This document shows, piece after piece, positions 59,807 through 64,000 of a stretch of 64,000 nt of DNA (the first letter of the stretch is position 1; the number at the start of each line of letters is the position of its first letter). The stretch spans positions 1,463 through 65,462 of the forward strand of contig JABHAT010000016.1 of NCBI GenBank assembly GCA_018674175.1. Direction: 5' to 3'. Position numbers and translations under genes: made by a program. Below the pieces are notes generated by a model, which was not told the origin of the DNA, searched no databases, and saw only the letters and a list, made by a program, of their open reading frames with translations. Source of the DNA: Gammaproteobacteria bacterium (GTDB taxonomy: Bacteria > Pseudomonadota > Gammaproteobacteria > Poriferisulfidales > GCA-002705445).

Positions 59807-60474
59807 GGAGTAACTCCTGCAAGCAATGGGACAAAGTTTACAATGCCATGAATTTTTTCAGTGAAGCCATTCTGAGTTTTAATAATTGATTTTAAATATT
59901 GTTTACCATTATTTTCTATTGGTGATAATAGAAGACCATTATCTTCGGAAAGCTGCTCAATAAGCGCTTCTGGAATGTCCATAGCTCCTGCTGTAACAAT
60001 AATTGCGTCAAAAGGTGACTTTTGTGTCCATCCAGAATTTCCATCCGAAAATTTAGTATAAATATTTTTAAAGCCAATTTTCTTGAATATATTTTTTGAT
60101 TTATTATGTAAAAGCTCTATCCTTTCTATAGTATAAACTTTTTCAACTAATAATGACAAGATTGCAGCCTGATAACCAGATCCAGTACCAATCTCTAAAA
60201 CTCTTTTTGGGTTTGAGCTCATTAAAATTTCTGTCATTTTAGCTACTATCAATGGGTGAGATATTGTTTGCGATTTTCCAATTGGTAATGCAGTATTATC
60301 ATAAGCTTTACTTGAAATTGCTTCATCAACAAAAATATGCCTTGGAATTAATCTCATAACTTCTAATACTTTTTTGTTACTAATACCCTCGCCCTCTAAA
60401 AATGATATCAATCTTAATCTTGATGAGTCTGAAGTCATGCCAGTTCCAGAGAATTTTTTAAAATCTATTGTCAT
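59803..60474 (-). CDS. pcm: Protein-L-isoaspartate O-methyltransferase
   Basis: 223 aa. SAM motif VLEIGTGSGYQAAIL and TISHPLIVA. Confidence 0.9.
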
Positions 60475-61211
60475 GATTTCTTTATTTTATTTAGCATTTC
60501 CACGTCTGTTAAATCATAGAGAATAGGAGTTATAGATATCTTCCCACTATTTACTGCAAAGAAATCTGTCCCAATGCCATCATCAATTGGAATTCCTGCC
60601 GCACCTATCTTATATATATTTTTATTGTCAATTTGCTTTGCTGGTAAAGGTAATCCTCTTTTTCCAAGTCGTGTAAAATCAGAAACCTCTAATATATTTA
60701 TAAAATTTTTCAAAGCAAAGTCAGGAATATTAATGTTTAGTAATGCATTCATTGAAATCTCTTTATTTGAAATTATATTTTCTATAAGGCGTGAGCTTAA
60801 TATTGCAGCCTCATTAATATCAATATTTTCTTGGGCAGTTAAAGAAATTGCTATTGGTGACATTTTTAAATGCCTTCCTTCTAATGCTGCAGCTACAGTA
60901 CCAGAATAGATTACGTCATCACCTAAATTTGCTCCTAGATTAATACCAGAAATTACAATATCAATATCTTCTTTTATTAAGCATGTTAAACCAATATGAA
61001 CACAGTCAGCAGGCGTACCATCAATTACATAATGATTTTTTTTTACCTCATCTACATTAATATCTTTTCGAACAGATAAAGCGCTACTTCCAGCGCTATG
61101 ATTTATTGCAGGCGCAGCAACATATATATCGTATTTTTTCTCTAACTCATTAATTAGTGCTTGAATACCACTAGCATAATAGCCGTCATCATTGGACAAT
61201 AATATTTTCAT
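60471..61211 (-). CDS. surE: 5'/3'-nucleotidase SurE
   Basis: 246 aa. MKILLSNDDGYYASGI and GINLGANLGDDVIYSGTVAAA. Confidence 0.9.
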   Translation of the reverse strand: MKILLSNDDGYYASGIQALINELEKKYDIYVAAPAINHSAGSSALSVRKDINVDEVKKNHYVIDGTPADCVHIGLTCLIKEDIDIVISGINLGANLGDDVIYSGTVAAALEGRHLKMSPIAISLTAQENIDINEAAILSSRLIENIISNKEISMNALLNINIPDFALKNFINILEVSDFTRLGKRGLPLPAKQIDNKNIYKIGAAGIPIDDGIGTDFFAVNSGKISITPILYDLTDVEMLNKIKKS

Positions 61212-61252
61212 ATGTGATGATTATACTTAAAATATCATTTAGATGAAGAGTT

Positions 61253-61606
61253 ATGATGGAAAATAAAATAATTGGGAGCTGTAAGCCAGGATTTCAAAAG
61301 AAAAGGTTTCAGAAATTGAAAAAAGGAGAGCTTGATATTGCTTTTGAGATTGATTTACATGGAAAAACTCTTATAGAATCAGAAAATTTCTTAGATATAT
61401 GGATTCCAAAAATGCAATTTGATAATAATTTAGTAGGGATAATAATTCATGGCAAGGGTTATGGTTCTGGAATTGAAGGACCTAAATTAAAAAACTTTGT
61501 AGATCAATACTTGCAGTATAATCCAAATGTATTAGCTTACCATTCGGCTCAACAAAAAGATGGCGGTACTGGAGCAGTATACATACAATTAAAAAACATA
61601 AACTAG
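61253..61606 (+). CDS. Smr domain protein
   Basis: 117 aa. DLHG...IIHGKGYGS Smr motifs. Confidence 0.7.
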   Translation: MMENKIIGSCKPGFQKKRFQKLKKGELDIAFEIDLHGKTLIESENFLDIWIPKMQFDNNLVGIIIHGKGYGSGIEGPKLKNFVDQYLQYNPNVLAYHSAQQKDGGTGAVYIQLKNIN

Positions 61607-61615
61607 CAAAATAAT

Positions 61616-62863
61616 ATGAAGAAAAAAATATATAGCTGTATGGATGACTATGATCCAAATTCAATATTTATTGAAGATGCATTAAAACAAATAAAAAAAA
61701 TATCAAAAAAAATAAATTCATATGAGTACGTAAATCTTTTAAATGCAAATAATAGAATTGTATATGAAAATATTAAATCAAGAATAAAAGTTCCAAATTA
61801 TGACAACTCAGCAATGGATGGTTATGCTTTAAATATAAAAGATACAAAAAATAATAACGTTTTTACTGTTGTAGGAACTTCACTAGCTGGAATACCATTC
61901 AAAGGTAAAATAAAAAAAAATGAATGCGTAAAAATTATGACTGGGGCAGTAATTCCTTATAATTGCAACATTGTAATCATGAAAGAGGAGACCGAGTCTG
62001 ATAAAAAAAGTATTATAATTACTTCTAAAAAAATAAAAATAAAACAAAATATTAGATTTTCTGGTGAAGATATAACACCTAATAAAGTAATAGTCAAAAA
62101 GAATCACATTGTTAATTCATCATCAATGGGTTTGCTGGCTTCTCAAGGAATAAATAAGATTAAAGTATTTAAAAATCCTGTTGTATCGTTTTTTACATCC
62201 GGAGATGAAGTTGTTGCAATAGATAAAAAATTACCATATGGAAAAGTTTATGATAGCAACAGATATACATTAACTGGAATGTTAGATAAAAATAATATTA
62301 AAATAATAGATTTAGGTCACGCTAAAGACAATATAAAAGATATTAAAAATAAATTTTATGAGGCAATAAAGAAATCAGATATAGTAATTTCAACTGGAGG
62401 AGTTTCAGTTGGTGATGCAGACTATATAAAAGAAGTTGTTAAGACCCTTGGAGATATTAATTTTTGGAAAGTTGCTGTCAAACCTGGGAGACCACTTGCA
62501 TTCGGAAAAATCAAAGATACTATATTCTTTGGTCTTCCTGGTAACCCAGTTTCCGTAATGGTTACTTTTCTTTTATTTGTATTACCATCAATTAATATGC
62601 TTTCTGGGAGAAATTTTGAAATGCTTTTTAAAGATGCAATTTTACAATCGGACATAAGAAAGCGTAAAGGTAGAGCAGAATTTCAAAGAGGATTAGCTCA
62701 ATATGATAATGGGAAAATCTATGTTGAATCTGTTGGTGAGCAAGGCTCAGGAATATTAAGTTCTATGAATAAAGCTAATTGCTTAATTTATCTTTCAGTA
62801 GAACAGGGATCTTTGAAAGTAAACGATAGCGTTAAAATTATAAAATTTAAAGATTATATTTAA
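61616..62863 (+). CDS. moeA: Molybdopterin molybdenumtransferase
   Basis: 415 aa. NSAMDGYAL, TGGVSVGDADY, KPGRPLAFG, GLPGNPVS. Confidence 0.9.
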   Translation: MKKKIYSCMDDYDPNSIFIEDALKQIKKISKKINSYEYVNLLNANNRIVYENIKSRIKVPNYDNSAMDGYALNIKDTKNNNVFTVVGTSLAGIPFKGKIKKNECVKIMTGAVIPYNCNIVIMKEETESDKKSIIITSKKIKIKQNIRFSGEDITPNKVIVKKNHIVNSSSMGLLASQGINKIKVFKNPVVSFFTSGDEVVAIDKKLPYGKVYDSNRYTLTGMLDKNNIKIIDLGHAKDNIKDIKNKFYEAIKKSDIVISTGGVSVGDADYIKEVVKTLGDINFWKVAVKPGRPLAFGKIKDTIFFGLPGNPVSVMVTFLLFVLPSINMLSGRNFEMLFKDAILQSDIRKRKGRAEFQRGLAQYDNGKIYVESVGEQGSGILSSMNKANCLIYLSVEQGSLKVNDSVKIIKFKDYI

Positions 62864-63297
62864 GTATTTTTTTTTACCCATTCTGAAGAGCTATCGACAA
62901 AAAATTCTTTTTTCCATAGTGGCGCATTATGCTTCAAATCTTCTAATATATATTTTACTGCTTCAATAGAATTTTTTCTGTGAGCTGACCAACAAGAGAC
63001 TGCTACTAAACAATTTTCTGGAAAAACTAAACCAACTTTATGCGCTATTAATATATTGTGAAGCTTGTAATCTTTTTTTGTATTTTCACTAAGCTTCGAA
63101 AGATATTTCTCTGTCATTTCAGGATAATGCTCTAATTTCATTGATATAACGTCATTCCTTACCGCATTTGTTTCACGCATATAGCCAATAAATATACTTT
63201 GCCCTCCAGAAAATTTTAAATCACAATTTTTGTTTTGATAATCCTCTATTAACTTATAAGGCTCTATTAATTCTGATGTTATTATTACTGAATTCAT
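62860..63297 (-). CDS. moaE: Molybdopterin synthase catalytic subunit
   Basis: 145 aa. IAHKVGLV...VAVSCWSAHRKNSIEA...LKHNAPLWKKE. Confidence 0.8.
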   Translation of the reverse strand: MNSVIITSELIEPYKLIEDYQNKNCDLKFSGGQSIFIGYMRETNAVRNDVISMKLEHYPEMTEKYLSKLSENTKKDYKLHNILIAHKVGLVFPENCLVAVSCWSAHRKNSIEAVKYILEDLKHNAPLWKKEFFVDSSSEWVKKNT

Positions 63298-63348
63298 AAA
63301 TTATATAATAGTATTGTTTATTTCATTAATAACTAATATTATCACTTT

Positions 63349-63858
63349 ATGAGCAATAAAATTAAATTAAATATAGCTGTTTTAACGATTTCAGATTCTC
63401 GAACAAAAGAGACTGACAAATCAGGAAATCTTCTTGCGAAGTTAATTGGAGAGTCAGGGCATAAGGTTACCGAACATTTTATCGTTAAGGACTGCATATA
63501 CTCTATAAGAAAAACTGTATCTTCTTGGATTGATAATAAATCTATAGATGTTGTTATAAGCACAGGAGGGACCGGAGTCACTGGAAGAGATGGAACGCCA
63601 GAGGCTGTAGAAGTTCTTTTTGATAAAAAAATTGATGGATTTGGAGAGATATTTAGATACATTTCATACAAGAAAATAAAGACTTCGACGGTTCAGTCTA
63701 GAGCTCTAGCAGGTGTGGCTAATTCTACATATATATTTTGCCTGCCTGGTTCGCCAGGTGCTTGCAAAGACGCGTGGTTAGACATTATTCAATATCAACT
63801 AGATTCTAATAACAAGCCTTGTAATCTTGTTGAGTTAATGCCAAGACTTAAGATTTAA
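63349..63858 (+). CDS. moaB: Molybdenum cofactor biosynthesis protein B (MogA/MoaB fold)
   Basis: 169 aa. IAVLTISDSR and VVISTGGTGVTGRDGTPEA. Confidence 0.8.
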   Translation: MSNKIKLNIAVLTISDSRTKETDKSGNLLAKLIGESGHKVTEHFIVKDCIYSIRKTVSSWIDNKSIDVVISTGGTGVTGRDGTPEAVEVLFDKKIDGFGEIFRYISYKKIKTSTVQSRALAGVANSTYIFCLPGSPGACKDAWLDIIQYQLDSNNKPCNLVELMPRLKI

Positions 63859-64000
63859 CCACCAATATACGACATTTCAGCTTTTTTAATAATCTTATAT
63901 TTACCATCAACTATTCTAGTTTCTGAATACTTGTCATCGCGATCTGACCACATATCTACAAGATAATTTTTAATTTTATCATCGGACTCAGACGACCTAA
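63855..64000 (-). CDS. C-terminal part of a MoaD/ThiS-type sulfur-carrier protein (gene runs off the window end)
   Basis: Hand translation of the minus strand gives ...DKIKNYLVDMWSDRDDKYSETRIVDGKYKIIKKAEMSYIGG*. The terminal Gly-Gly and the moaB/moaE neighbourhood suggest MoaD. The rest of the similarity is weak. Confidence 0.35.
   Translation of the reverse strand, partial: RSSESDDKIKNYLVDMWSDRDDKYSETRIVDGKYKIIKKAEMSYIGG

Noticed and set aside
63298-63348. Moco riboswitch upstream of moaB, moeA or the moeB operon.
   Set aside because: The available leaders are only about 40-77 nt, AT-rich, and show no conserved GC-rich helices. That is too short for the roughly 130-150 nt Moco RNA motif.

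Overview
The window is very AT-rich (roughly 30% GC by eye, not computed) and extremely gene-dense, with many start/stop overlaps and almost no intergenic DNA. It looks like core chromosome of a streamlined gammaproteobacterium. The evidence for that is several conserved gene orders: prfB-lysS, leuS-lptE...holA, fabD-fabG-acpP-fabF-pabC-mltG-tmk, nudJ-mnmA-hflD...purB, surE-pcm...nlpD, and sdhCDAB. I could not place it in a specific lineage.

Content is mostly housekeeping:
- TCA cycle: gltA, sdhCDAB plus sdhE, mdh, acnA, fumC
- Aminoacyl-tRNA synthetases: gltX, lysS, leuS
- Fatty-acid synthesis
- Molybdenum cofactor genes at two loci
- Threonine/methionine and purine genes
- One tRNA-Glu(UUC)
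- A canonical prfB +1 frameshift site

I saw no rRNA, CRISPR array, transposase, integrase, phage genes or recognisable defence systems.

The stretch that stands out is 35.8-40.4 kb. It is a very tightly packed, especially AT-rich five-gene module. It combines a genuine PabB with an amino-acid-kinase-fold mini-kinase, an ASKHA/hydantoinase-A-like protein, an ATP-grasp ligase and a HisA/HisF-like barrel. From memory these match MfnE/MfnF/MfnD of methanofuran biosynthesis and the orf19-22 block of bacterial H4MPT-linked C1 islands. None of the C1-transfer enzymes are in the window. The module is attached to the pabC-mltG-tmk housekeeping block.

All family calls come from motif recognition in the supplied translations. 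No database search was run.
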